Source: a virus
DNA: 64,000 nucleotides
Direction: 5' to 3' (one strand)
Virus record (IMG/VR): IMGVR_UViG_3300045988_168866
In this document: piece after piece, positions 43,713-52,985 of the stretch
Layout: each line of letters opens with the position of its first letter
How positions within the stretch are numbered: position 1 is the stretch's first letter
Translations under genes and position numbers: made by a program
Notes under the pieces: model-generated
Seen by the model: the letters and a program-made list of their open reading frames with translations, nothing else
What the model was told of the DNA's origin: nothing
Databases searched by the model: none

Positions 43713-43728
43713 AGTTTTTTTAGAATAA

Positions 43729-43752
43729 AAACCTGGTGAAAAAACCAGGTTT
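43729..43752 (-). terminator. intrinsic terminator
   Basis: Stem 'aaacctggt'/'accaggttt', T-rich tail on the minus strand. Confidence 0.7.
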
Positions 43753-43764
43753 AGTTAATGTAAT

Positions 43765-44565
43765 TTAATAAGGTAAATCATCTTCTTCAAAATCACTTTT
43801 TAATTTACCTTTTTTCTTAAGTTTTTTCTTTTTAGGTTTTATATCCTCTTCTTCTTCAGGTGATTCATTTAAATAATCTGATAATATTTCTTCCAATTCA
43901 TCATATGATTTCATCTGTTTTCTTATTATCTCTTCTAAATCAATTTCACCACCATATTTTGGATTTAATGGTTTACCACCTGGACATGGATTTACTGAAT
44001 ATGAAGTATCATTTTTACCTGATCCCGAACGTATAATTTTTATATCATACCCTTCATCTGGATCCGTCATATCACCCCAATCATCTTCATCAAGATATAA
44101 ATCTATAATATCCTGGTATACTGATCTTGGTACCATTATTGGTTTTTTAACTCTATCAGGATCTATTTCTTTACCTTTATCATCTTTGTAACAAGTACAA
44201 CCTAATACAAACTTTCTTTTAGGTGATATTCTACCTGCTAATTCTTGGTCATCTTCATCTTTGGAATCCTTTAATTCTAAATATTTTTCCATAAAAGGAC
44301 ATGGCTCATCAAATGTTGCTGGTGATATTACACTACCTAATTTTTGACCCAAATAAAATTGTATAACTTCCATACCCAATTCTTCATCACTACCCCTAGA
44401 AAGTATTCTACATCTAGTAATACCTTCTTTAGGAAATATCATACCACCACCTTTTCCTTTGGATTCTAATTGTTTTTTTCTCTGTAACATTTTTTCTCTA
44501 GTAGTAAGCTTTTTACTACTAATTTCATCATCATGATGTTTTTTTACTTTTTTTACTTTTACCAT
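43765..44565 (-). CDS. single-stranded DNA-binding protein (gp32-like, tentative)
   Basis: 266 aa between RecA and GroES-like genes; Cys cluster (CPF.., GCTC) and a strongly acidic C-terminus ending 'FEEDDLPY', reminiscent of the SSB acidic tip; strong terminator downstream. Confidence 0.45.
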   Translation of the reverse strand: MVKVKKVKKHHDDEISSKKLTTREKMLQRKKQLESKGKGGGMIFPKEGITRCRILSRGSDEELGMEVIQFYLGQKLGSVISPATFDEPCPFMEKYLELKDSKDEDDQELAGRISPKRKFVLGCTCYKDDKGKEIDPDRVKKPIMVPRSVYQDIIDLYLDEDDWGDMTDPDEGYDIKIIRSGSGKNDTSYSVNPCPGGKPLNPKYGGEIDLEEIIRKQMKSYDELEEILSDYLNESPEEEEDIKPKKKKLKKKGKLKSDFEEDDLPY

Positions 44566-44569
44566 GGTT

Positions 44570-44944
44570 TTATTTATTTAGCTCTATATAGATAATTTCA
44601 TTGATAGATAATACTGTAAATTCCAAATCAGGATAGTCAATTGTAGATAGATTTTCAGGTTCTACTTCTTTACCAGCATATATACCGTAGGTAACTATAT
44701 TACCCACTTTTAGTAAACTTTTCCAATTATCTTCTTCAATAATACCTGATTGAATTATAACACCTTTTCTTGGTATATCTTCTTTTGCATTATCAGGTAA
44801 AATAATACCACCAGAAGTAGTTCTATTTTTACTATTTTTAGGTGATGCAATAAGTACCCTATTTATACTGGGTATACCATTTTCTAATACTTTACTAATT
44901 TCTAAAGCTTTTTCTTTACTAATAAGGTTTAATTCTACTTTCAT
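44570..44944 (-). CDS. groES: GroES-like co-chaperonin
   Basis: 'RVLIAS....TTSGGIILPDNAKE..RKGVIIQSG...LKVGNIVTYG.YAGKEVE' follows the GroES pattern (R.L....E..T.GGI.LP..A.EK...G.V.A.G....V..GD.V.....YG). Confidence 0.6.
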   Translation of the reverse strand: MKVELNLISKEKALEISKVLENGIPSINRVLIASPKNSKNRTTSGGIILPDNAKEDIPRKGVIIQSGIIEEDNWKSLLKVGNIVTYGIYAGKEVEPENLSTIDYPDLEFTVLSINEIIYIELNK

Positions 44945-44983
44945 AATTATATTATTTTTGATAGTTAATTGTAATATTGGTTA

Positions 44984-45418
44984 TCATTGTTGCTTTCTTA
45001 TATTAGCTGATAATGTTTGTATTATCCTTTCTCTTGATTCATAAGCTTTACATATACTAATAAACCTATTAGCTTTATCTAAAGCTTTTAAATATTTATC
45101 ATTTGCTTTTATATATATTTTACTTGTTAAAGCTTTATGTGATACAGTATCATTATTTAACCTATTATCAGATTCCTTATAATATAACCAAGCTTTACTA
45201 TATGCATAATCCTTTTCTTTTTCTAATTTATCTCTCCTTTTTATTATCTTATCTCTTAATAAACATAAAAAAGCATAATTAGAGGGTATATTTTTTAATT
45301 GGCTATTAATTATATTTTCATTAATTTCTAGTTCTCTAGAAATATTTATAGTAACCAATTTTCCTTTGTATTTAAAGGATATTATATCATCCTTTATTTC
45401 ACTTATCTTTGTTTCCAT
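44984..45418 (-). CDS. hypothetical protein; possible UvsY-like recombination mediator (position and size only)
   Basis: 144-aa helical, basic ORF inside the recombination gene set. Confidence 0.25.
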   Translation of the reverse strand: METKISEIKDDIISFKYKGKLVTINISRELEINENIINSQLKNIPSNYAFLCLLRDKIIKRRDKLEKEKDYAYSKAWLYYKESDNRLNNDTVSHKALTSKIYIKANDKYLKALDKANRFISICKAYESRERIIQTLSANIRKQQ

Positions 45419-45894
45419 AATATCCCATATTTATGTAATATTTCATAATATTTACCAATTGATATCTTATATTTTGATAAAATAACCTTTCGGGTTATAC
45501 CAGAAGAATACATTCTACATATACCTATTTCATCTACCATTATCCTACCACGTTTATCCCACCCAATATGATAAGACCCATCTATTACTGCTTGATGCAT
45601 ATTTTCTTTTGGTGTACCCCAATATAGATTATCTATACAATTGTTAACCCTATTATTATCTTTATGGCATACAAATGGTTTATTATCAGGATTTGGTATA
45701 TATACTTCTGCCACTAATCTATGACGATATTTATTAGTTTTTATATCACCATTCCATAATATATTAGATATATATCCAGTATTTTTAATATTACTAGCCA
45801 TTTTAACCCATATACCGTTATTATTTTTCCTGAATAACTGACCATCTTCACTTATATGATAATTTGGAAATCCTTTTATATTACTCTTCATCAT
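45403..45894 (-). mobile_element. free-standing HNH (NUMOD4 + HNH_3 type) homing endonuclease gene
   Basis: 'GFPNYHISEDGQLF' plus 'HRLVAEVYIPNPDNKPFVCHKDNNRVNNCIDNLYWGTPKENMHQA'; 163 aa; overlaps the polymerase stop by 14 nt and the next ORF start by 16 nt. Confidence 0.85.
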
Positions 45895-48202
45895 ACCTCT
45901 TCTTATTAAAGTTTATTATATCTTTATATATAAGAGGGTAACACCCTGGATTTTCTATATCTACACCATATTTATCCAAATATTTTTTACGAACATTATT
46001 ATATTGTATATAATAATCATCAGAATTAAAATCAGGTAATAGCATTTTATTATAATCATACTCAGGATTATATGGTAATTCTTCTGCCATATTTCTACCT
46101 ATAGTAAAATTCATTGACATATCCACATCATCTATACTAAAACCAAAATATTTCTTTGTGGAAGGATTTCTACATATATCCCATATTTTATATATTGTAT
46201 CTGGTGTAATATATTTTGGTTCTATAAATTGATAAACAGAGTCATGTACAGTATCAACTTCTATCATGGGTGGTAATTTACCTTTTTTTACATCTTCATA
46301 TACCATAATAGATGCAAATAATGCCATATCTGAAGCTGCTGATTGACATGGCATATTTGTAGATTGTCTAAGTGCTTCAAGATACTCACCATAATTTTCA
46401 GAATATACCTGTGGACATCTTCTTTTCCTACCAAAAAGAGAAACACAATATCCATGGGATTCCATATAATTATGTTGCTTTTCCATATATTTCTTTATTC
46501 TGGGAAAAGTTTTAAAATAATCTTCTAAAAATTCTTGAGCTTCATTTATTGAAACAGATTCTTCTGGTGTTGATAATGATTCAGCTAATTTAGGAGCTGA
46601 TTGTTCATAAACAATACCAAAATTAATAGTTTTAGCTTGTTTACGTCTCTTTTTCCATAATTTATATTCAGGATGTAACTCATCTGAATATATTTTTATT
46701 ATCTTGTCATAATCTTCATGATATTTTTTACAAGCTGAAGCTAGATGAATATCCTTCCCAGTTTTAAACCATTCCAACATAGTTTTTTCTTTAGCTAAAT
46801 GAGCTAATATTCTTAATTCTGCTTGTGAATAATCATATGTTAAAAACAATTTACCTTTTGGAGTTATGAATTGTAATTTAACATCAGGATTAACCATAGT
46901 TTTTGGTATATTTTGTCCATTGGGATTCCGTGAACTCAACCTTCCACTGGTTGTACCATGTAATAGAAAAGTAGGATGTACACAACCATCATCCTGTACT
47001 AATTCACCTAAACCAACTATAAAGGTTGAATTAATAGTTTGTATACCTCTTAAATCTAAGAGATTATTTATAAATCCAGTACTATCATGTTCTTTTAACT
47101 TTAATAAAACATCTTCTGATGTACTAGGATTTGTAGTTTCCTTTTTTGTTTTGGGATCCTTGGTATATTCTATTATTGGTAATTTTAACCCTTTCTTTGA
47201 TAAGAAAAGAAAATCCACCATTTGTTTTTGTGATTTGAAATTTATAGGTTCTAATAATTTCATCTCTGATTTAGTAGAGAATTCCCCAGCCATTAATCTA
47301 GATATTTTATCTTCTCTATTTTTTATGCTTCTAGATACATTCTTACCTTCTTTTTTTTCTTGTTCCCTAAGATTATCTATTTCTTCATATAGAGAATTTA
47401 TATAATCTTCTTTTCTTTTCTTTAGCGTGTATTTTTCATAAATTCTTACTTGTCTAATAGACCTTAAATTTGTTTCATATGTTTCTATTTGATCAGCATA
47501 TTTTTTTATTAACTTTCCATTTAACTCCTTGTCAAATGGTAAACCAAATTTCTCAGCTGATTGTAATACTCTACTTGCAGACATTAACAAATTCCTATAT
47601 AAATTATAGAAATTTTTATATATTAACTTACTTTCAAAAAATATACCTAATCTTAAAGTAAAATCAGTATCCATACAACCATATCTACATAATTCTTCCA
47701 ATGGTTTCTTATCCCATGATATACTATCAAATGAATCATACTTTTCATAATTAGCAAATTCTGGTAAAAATCTCCTTACCATACTTTTTAAATCATTGGG
47801 TCTAGTTTCATCTAAAAGATACTTAGCTAACATACCATCTATAACAGTACCTCTTGAATAAATACCATATTTTTGGAATATCTGATTATCAAATTTCCAA
47901 TTCCAAGCTATTTTTACTATATCTGGATTTTCTATTACTTTCCTACCAAAATATAATAACCATTTTAACCATTGATTATCTTTTCTTAAAAATTGTACTG
48001 ATTTATCAAAATGTAGTAAAGGTATTGATACTCCTGAACCTGCTTGAAATGATACTGATAATATTGTGGGTCTAAAATCATCCATATATAAACCCTTAGC
48101 ATTAGTTTCAAAGTCAACAGAAGCATACCCTGTTTTTTTACAGGATTTTACTAACTCCTTTAACTCATTAAAATTTTTTATTATATGATACCTGGTTTTC
48201 AT
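45881..48202 (-). CDS. polA: family A DNA polymerase with 3'-5' exonuclease domain
   Basis: Exo I 'SVDFETN'; motif A 'DYSQAELRILAHLA'; motif B 'RRKQAKTINFGIVYEQS'; motif C 'TVHDSV'. The ORF track starts at 48253, but the hydrophobic 17-aa leader is implausible and the ATG at 48202 (MKTRYHII..) is preferred. Confidence 0.93.
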   Translation of the reverse strand: MKTRYHIIKNFNELKELVKSCKKTGYASVDFETNAKGLYMDDFRPTILSVSFQAGSGVSIPLLHFDKSVQFLRKDNQWLKWLLYFGRKVIENPDIVKIAWNWKFDNQIFQKYGIYSRGTVIDGMLAKYLLDETRPNDLKSMVRRFLPEFANYEKYDSFDSISWDKKPLEELCRYGCMDTDFTLRLGIFFESKLIYKNFYNLYRNLLMSASRVLQSAEKFGLPFDKELNGKLIKKYADQIETYETNLRSIRQVRIYEKYTLKKRKEDYINSLYEEIDNLREQEKKEGKNVSRSIKNREDKISRLMAGEFSTKSEMKLLEPINFKSQKQMVDFLFLSKKGLKLPIIEYTKDPKTKKETTNPSTSEDVLLKLKEHDSTGFINNLLDLRGIQTINSTFIVGLGELVQDDGCVHPTFLLHGTTSGRLSSRNPNGQNIPKTMVNPDVKLQFITPKGKLFLTYDYSQAELRILAHLAKEKTMLEWFKTGKDIHLASACKKYHEDYDKIIKIYSDELHPEYKLWKKRRKQAKTINFGIVYEQSAPKLAESLSTPEESVSINEAQEFLEDYFKTFPRIKKYMEKQHNYMESHGYCVSLFGRKRRCPQVYSENYGEYLEALRQSTNMPCQSAASDMALFASIMVYEDVKKGKLPPMIEVDTVHDSVYQFIEPKYITPDTIYKIWDICRNPSTKKYFGFSIDDVDMSMNFTIGRNMAEELPYNPEYDYNKMLLPDFNSDDYYIQYNNVRKKYLDKYGVDIENPGCYPLIYKDIINFNKKRYDEE

Positions 48203-48269
48203 AAAAAATACACTCATTAAATATAACAAAAAAAGGAAATGGTAAATAACCATTTCCCAAGTTAATTGT

Positions 48270-49028
48270 CTAATAATTACTCAATGAGGTTTTTAATTTT
48301 ACCCAATCTTTTTTATAAGAATGTAATGAATCTATTGTATGATATAAATATCCTGATTTAATACCAACTTTATTTGCTACATAATCTTTTAATAACCAAG
48401 CTAAATATACATCATTACCAAAATGTGTTATAAAATCAGAACTTCTTTGATGATAACATATATGTAATACTTTTTCTTTTTTATTGTTTTCTCTTATAAG
48501 AAAATCATAATACATTGAACATGGTATTCTATAATTACCATCTAAATGGTAATCATCTGATTCATCTAAATAATGACCATATACATCCAGTACTGCTTTT
48601 CTAGTATCACTATCATCTTTTAAAAGAAAAATTATAGCATTTAACTTAGTCATGTTTATACCTCTATAAACTACTTGTTGATTAAATCTTTCTGAATATG
48701 TATAATCAAAAATACCACCATTTAAAAATTCTTTCCATAAATCTTCCCTTAGTTTATAGGCTTCTCCTGGATTTATTGGATAACCAGATATTCTTTCTTT
48801 AAATTCAGCATCAGCCCACTCTTTAGAATTTGAATAAATAAATAGATATTCTGGTTTATCTAAATCTGTTAAACAATACTGTTTACTTATTATTTCCTTG
48901 GTTATAAAATCATCATTACCCTCAATCTTCTTATTCTGATAAGTTTTTGGTTTTACTTCTATACCCATTTCCCATAAATCTCTTGCCATTTCAGACATTA
49001 ACTCGTAACAATCACAATAAATTCTCAT
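48270..49028 (-). CDS. thymidylate synthase / dCMP hydroxymethylase-family pyrimidine C5 transferase
   Basis: 252 aa; 'DSDTRKAVL' (compare DSRR), catalytic-Cys context 'RIPCSMYYDFLIRE', 'CYHQRSSDFITHFGNDVYLAWLL' (compare ThyA QRS.D..LG.PFN and T4 gp42 MRSNDVVFGFRNDYAW, both from memory), 'DSLHSY'. Confidence 0.7.
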   Translation of the reverse strand: MRIYCDCYELMSEMARDLWEMGIEVKPKTYQNKKIEGNDDFITKEIISKQYCLTDLDKPEYLFIYSNSKEWADAEFKERISGYPINPGEAYKLREDLWKEFLNGGIFDYTYSERFNQQVVYRGINMTKLNAIIFLLKDDSDTRKAVLDVYGHYLDESDDYHLDGNYRIPCSMYYDFLIRENNKKEKVLHICYHQRSSDFITHFGNDVYLAWLLKDYVANKVGIKSGYLYHTIDSLHSYKKDWVKLKTSLSNY

Positions 49029-49082
49029 GTTCTTATAATTTAATATATTAATTTATATCTAATAGATATATGAAGATACCTT

Positions 49083-49865
49083 TTAGTCAATGTTTAATTT
49101 ACAGTCTCTAATTTTGAAGTCTGGTTGTTTAAAATTTTGTGGTTGTAGTACTTTTAATACTCTTTTAAATATTTTATATTTGATATCATCTATGTTAGTC
49201 TCTTTTAGATATTTTAATTCACTTAATAAAAACTTAGATCTTTCATCTATATTCCCTTTTAATAATCCTCCTATATTTCTATGTACATCATACATAAGCA
49301 ATGTAGTAGAGTTATTCCATAAAATATTAGTATGTATAGTTAAAGTATATGGTAAATCACCAAATATGAAATCACCAAGTCTTTTAAATAGAATCAAATC
49401 TATAAGTAATCTTTTAGTAACTTCTGTTGATCTCAGATATATAGATAAATTCAAAAATTTCTTACCAGTATTACTAAAACTAGAATATACTGACATAGAC
49501 ATTAAACAATTTTTACCATTTTTATGTGAATTAGAAAACTGATAACCAATGCTGTAAATGTTATTTTTAAAATTTATGCTACTTATTACATCTGACTTAA
49601 ATTTTAACAAGCTATCTTTATCAATATAATTATTAATCAAATTAACCCATTTTATTTTGGTATAATGAAATTGTTTTCCCAAACTAAAATCTTCATCTAA
49701 TTTTTCAGGATACATTATACCAAATGAAAAATCATGTGTATAGGTCTTATATTTATCACTTCTTAAATTCATAGATTTACTATGATTTTTTATAAAATCC
49801 TCATTTATAGATTCCCAAGCTGATAATATATCATTAAACCATATAAACTTTAAAGGAGAGTCCAT
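49083..49865 (-). CDS. divergent thymidylate-synthase-fold paralog
   Basis: 'GKNCLMSMSVY' (Cys) and 'LSIYLRSTEVTKRLLIDLIL' align with the Cys and RS.D......(N/D) motifs. Clear paralog of 49906-50892. Start moved to the ATG at 49865, which is preceded by AGGAGGG 6 nt upstream (ORF track: 49937). Confidence 0.45.
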   Translation of the reverse strand: MDSPLKFIWFNDILSAWESINEDFIKNHSKSMNLRSDKYKTYTHDFSFGIMYPEKLDEDFSLGKQFHYTKIKWVNLINNYIDKDSLLKFKSDVISSINFKNNIYSIGYQFSNSHKNGKNCLMSMSVYSSFSNTGKKFLNLSIYLRSTEVTKRLLIDLILFKRLGDFIFGDLPYTLTIHTNILWNNSTTLLMYDVHRNIGGLLKGNIDERSKFLLSELKYLKETNIDDIKYKIFKRVLKVLQPQNFKQPDFKIRDCKLNID

Positions 49866-49905
49866 TTGAACCCTCCTACTAAATTTTTTTTTGAGGTTAT
49901 TATTT

Positions 49906-50892
49906 TTATTCTTCTTCATTCTCCTCAATATTTTCACTTTGATTATCTAAAATTGAACCATCTGTTTCATTAAATTTTATTACTTTTGATTTATTTGGTT
50001 CAACAAACATCTTTAAATCATACTTAGAAATGAATTTTAAATAAGCCTTTTTGATGTTATTTCTTACAATAATAGATGGGCATTTTTCTGGTAATGGTAT
50101 ACCATCCCAATCACCAATAATACAATCCTTTGCTAATAATGATTTCTTTTCTTTACCATATTTTTCTGGATTAAAGATTTTATAGACCCTCATATAAGCT
50201 TGGTATTTTGGATCTACCCCATCATCTGCTGCTCTCTTAACTCTTCTTAATGTTTTAGATAACCTCTTTCTTCTCTTCTCATCTTCTATAGCTTTTATCA
50301 ATGGTTCTATTGGTTCATAACCATTATAAAGCATCAAACTTGTATCATCAGCAAAAGCAGACCTTATGAATAATTCTATTGTAAAATCTTTATGACCATA
50401 AATATATTCTCCTATCCTTATTGATAGTAATAAATCCCATGGTAATCTTGTTACAACATCTGAAGCTCTCATTAATATTGTTAATCTTGGTTTATCAATA
50501 TTAATCATTCTTGAGAACATACCAGACATTAAACAACCTTTACCATTACCATGAGCATCTGCAAAATTAAATCCTATATTGTAATTTCTATTAATGGTTT
50601 TATTCTTTTCTAATTCACGTATTTGAAGCTTCAAAGAATCCATTGAATCTAAATCCAAATAATTACCTAATAGAGAACTCCATTTACTCTGTGAATAACC
50701 CAATATTTTACCAAAATCAAATTCTGGATCAAATTCTGCATTAGTTATTAAAACTGATAAACCATAAGTATAAAGAGAATTAGTTATAATTGCTCCTTGA
50801 TTCTCACTAAACAATTCAGGGTCTTGGTTAATAAATAATTTATTTATTTCTGACCAAGCTTGATGACCATTTTCAAATATAAAACTTTTCAT
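49906..50892 (-). CDS. divergent thymidylate-synthase-fold paralog with C-terminal extension
   Basis: 'GKGCLMSGMFS' and 'LTILMRASDVVTRLPWDLLL' (compare ..YQRS.DVFLGLPFNIAS..); about 120-aa basic/acidic C-terminal extension. Confidence 0.45.
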   Translation of the reverse strand: MKSFIFENGHQAWSEINKLFINQDPELFSENQGAIITNSLYTYGLSVLITNAEFDPEFDFGKILGYSQSKWSSLLGNYLDLDSMDSLKLQIRELEKNKTINRNYNIGFNFADAHGNGKGCLMSGMFSRMINIDKPRLTILMRASDVVTRLPWDLLLSIRIGEYIYGHKDFTIELFIRSAFADDTSLMLYNGYEPIEPLIKAIEDEKRRKRLSKTLRRVKRAADDGVDPKYQAYMRVYKIFNPEKYGKEKKSLLAKDCIIGDWDGIPLPEKCPSIIVRNNIKKAYLKFISKYDLKMFVEPNKSKVIKFNETDGSILDNQSENIEENEEE

Positions 50893-50895
50893 AAA

Positions 50896-51747
50896 TTAGT
50901 AATTACTTTTTTGTCTAAATAAATTTACTTGGTTCTTTTTAAAATATAATAGATATAAATCTTCTTGGTTTATACCCATTTTATAAAAAAGACCCATCAT
51001 ATATATGAAAGCTAATACTATTTCTTCCTGGTATTTCTCTTCATTAGTCATCTCCTGGGATTGTTTCCAAGGTTTATTTTTTAAATAATTTCTAGCAATA
51101 TTTAAATGGTAAGTTACATCCCAAATTATTGGTTTATATTTTTCATAAATATTATTACCTATTTCTACACCACATTTTAGTAATCTAAAATCCTGAGATT
51201 TTATTTCTTTGGGTAAATCTTCATCATCTTTTACAATATTCAGAATATTTATACCACAACAAATTTCATTATCAACAGAATTAGTAAAATAATTCATGCA
51301 TAAATCTATAATACCATTACCTTCTTCTTTAGTATATTTCTGATTTATGTATGATTTTATATCCTCTGGGTATATATTTGAATAGATAAGTAATTCAACC
51401 ATAAAATGCATAGCATCAGCCATTTCTTCACCAGCATTTTGTATATGATTTAAAGTTTGTAATAAATCCGAATCATTATAATCAGATAACCATAATTTGT
51501 TTTTATTGGTTAATTCCAAAGCCATTAATAATGATTCATAACCTTCAGCTAATTCTTCTATTACTCTACCAACAAAATCCTTTATAAGAATCTGGGATTT
51601 TTTTGAATTTATGTTTATTGGGTATTGAGGTAATCCCTCAATCCTAATATATCCTTCTAGTAGATTTTTTTGTAGTTCATATATCTTTTCAAGATATTGG
51701 TTATTTTCTACTTTATCTGGTTCTAATTTAATATCTCTGCTGTCCAT
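50896..51747 (-). CDS. all-alpha NTP pyrophosphohydrolase (MazG / dimeric dUTPase / dCTPase superfamily)
   Basis: Acidic metal-binding motifs 'VIEELAEGYES' and 'AGEEMADAMHFMVELLIYS' in helical context; sits between the TS-fold genes and dUTPase. Confidence 0.45.
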   Translation of the reverse strand: MDSRDIKLEPDKVENNQYLEKIYELQKNLLEGYIRIEGLPQYPININSKKSQILIKDFVGRVIEELAEGYESLLMALELTNKNKLWLSDYNDSDLLQTLNHIQNAGEEMADAMHFMVELLIYSNIYPEDIKSYINQKYTKEEGNGIIDLCMNYFTNSVDNEICCGINILNIVKDDEDLPKEIKSQDFRLLKCGVEIGNNIYEKYKPIIWDVTYHLNIARNYLKNKPWKQSQEMTNEEKYQEEIVLAFIYMMGLFYKMGINQEDLYLLYFKKNQVNLFRQKSNY

Positions 51748-51827
51748 TTTGTTTTTCTGAATTAGTATTTATCCACCAATCTGGAATATAAGTATCTGTT
51801 GAGTTAGTTAGTATATCCATTTTTTCA

Positions 51828-52379
51828 TTATCTACCTGTTGAACCAAAACCACCTTCTCCTCTGTTTGAATTATCCTTAACAATTAATTTGGCCCAATTC
51901 AACTCATCTACTTCTAACATATTTGATAGGATAATCGGTGTATGAAGGAATTGTATTAATTTGTCACCAGAATTAAAGGTTACTTGAGTCTCCCCCAAAT
52001 TTAAAATACCAATATGAACTTCACCCCTATAATCTGAATCTACCACTTGAGCTGTAAATTGTAAACCATGTTTGGTTGATAGTCCAGATTTATTTGCTGC
52101 TATTAAAGCAGAGTTTTTATTTTCTATGAAAACCTTAATACCTGATGGGATCAATAATCTATGTCCTGGTAAAATTGATAAAGAATTATCGTTTAATCTG
52201 TACCACCAAGATGTATTCAATTCCTTGAATCTAGTTATAAAATCTTCTGTAAACTTTGGTAAATAAAAATCAAATCCTGCTGATTGTTCAGTACCTCTTG
52301 TTGGTGATTTTACTTCCCTTACCTTGATAAAATAAATTCTATCTTGGTTTGTCATACTGTCATTTACTATTTCTGCCAT
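51828..52379 (-). CDS. dut: trimeric dUTPase
   Basis: Motifs 'SAGFDFY', 'NKSGLS', 'VVDSDYRGEVHIGILN', 'RGEGGFGSTG' in canonical order. Confidence 0.9.
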   Translation of the reverse strand: MAEIVNDSMTNQDRIYFIKVREVKSPTRGTEQSAGFDFYLPKFTEDFITRFKELNTSWWYRLNDNSLSILPGHRLLIPSGIKVFIENKNSALIAANKSGLSTKHGLQFTAQVVDSDYRGEVHIGILNLGETQVTFNSGDKLIQFLHTPIILSNMLEVDELNWAKLIVKDNSNRGEGGFGSTGR

Positions 52380-52777
52380 TATTTTGTTGATTTAAGTTTT
52401 TGTTCTTTGTAAAGTAATCTAGCTTCCTTTATTGAAAGTTCATATTTAGCTTGGATTTTTTGTATAATAGTTTTTTTATCATCTCCTTTTCTTTTCAAAG
52501 CTCTAATAGATTTGAAAACTGCTGATTTATCCACCAATATTTCCAAATCCTTGTACTGATTTTCTTTTTCCAATTGTTTTCTAGTTTTACCAACTTTATC
52601 TGCAAATTTTATACAACATAATTCAGAATCTCCACACATCTTACATTCCTTTGTTGAGAGGTCATATTCTTTTCCAAAACATGGATCAGTATCTAAATTA
52701 CCCAGTGAACTTATATCAACTGGTTTTAAAATTGGCATTGTTGAAATATCTGGTAAAGTTTGTTTTGTTTTTTTCAT
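52379..52777 (-). CDS. hypothetical Cys-rich protein
   Basis: 132 aa with 'CFGKEYDLSTKECKMCGDSELCCIKF'. Confidence 0.45.
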   Translation of the reverse strand: MKKTKQTLPDISTMPILKPVDISSLGNLDTDPCFGKEYDLSTKECKMCGDSELCCIKFADKVGKTRKQLEKENQYKDLEILVDKSAVFKSIRALKRKGDDKKTIIQKIQAKYELSIKEARLLYKEQKLKSTK

Positions 52778-52887
52778 ACCTTGAAAATTTTTGGTGTTTG
52801 AATTATAATTTGCTTCTTAGAGTTTATTGTGGTAGAAAATTAATTTCTCTTTTGTGATCAATTGTAGTATCTCATCTTTCTTGGAAC

Positions 52888-52957
52888 AAAAAGAAGAAAA
52901 GAAAGAAAAAGAAAAAAAAGTAACCAAAAAAAAGAAAAAGAAAGAAAAAAAGAAAAA
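52888..52957 (+). repeat. about 70-nt polypurine (A/G) tract
   Basis: 52888-52920 and 52926-52957 are pure A/G, interrupted only by 'taacc'. Confidence 0.9.
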
Positions 52958-52985
52958 TCTTTAATCTTTATCTATCAGTAAAGAA

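Noticed and set aside
45403-45894. Group I intron carrying the HNH gene
   Set aside because: Both flanking ORFs (polA and 44984-45418) are complete with their own start and stop codons, and polA contains all motifs uninterrupted. The endonuclease is free-standing.
46866-47405. 179-aa + strand ORF (and 46343-46528, 47470-47661, 47854-48075) inside polA
   Set aside because: These are antisense to a gene with all family A polymerase motifs, and their sequences are low-complexity and hydrophobic, which is typical of AT-rich antisense frames.
49090-49542. 150-aa + strand ORF inside the TS-fold paralog
   Set aside because: It is antisense to an ORF with a clear paralog next door and has no independent signals.
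52888-52957. Polypurine tract as a coding Lys/Glu/Arg-rich peptide
   Set aside because: No ORF with a start codon spans it on either strand in the six-frame track, and it lies in an intergenic gap.
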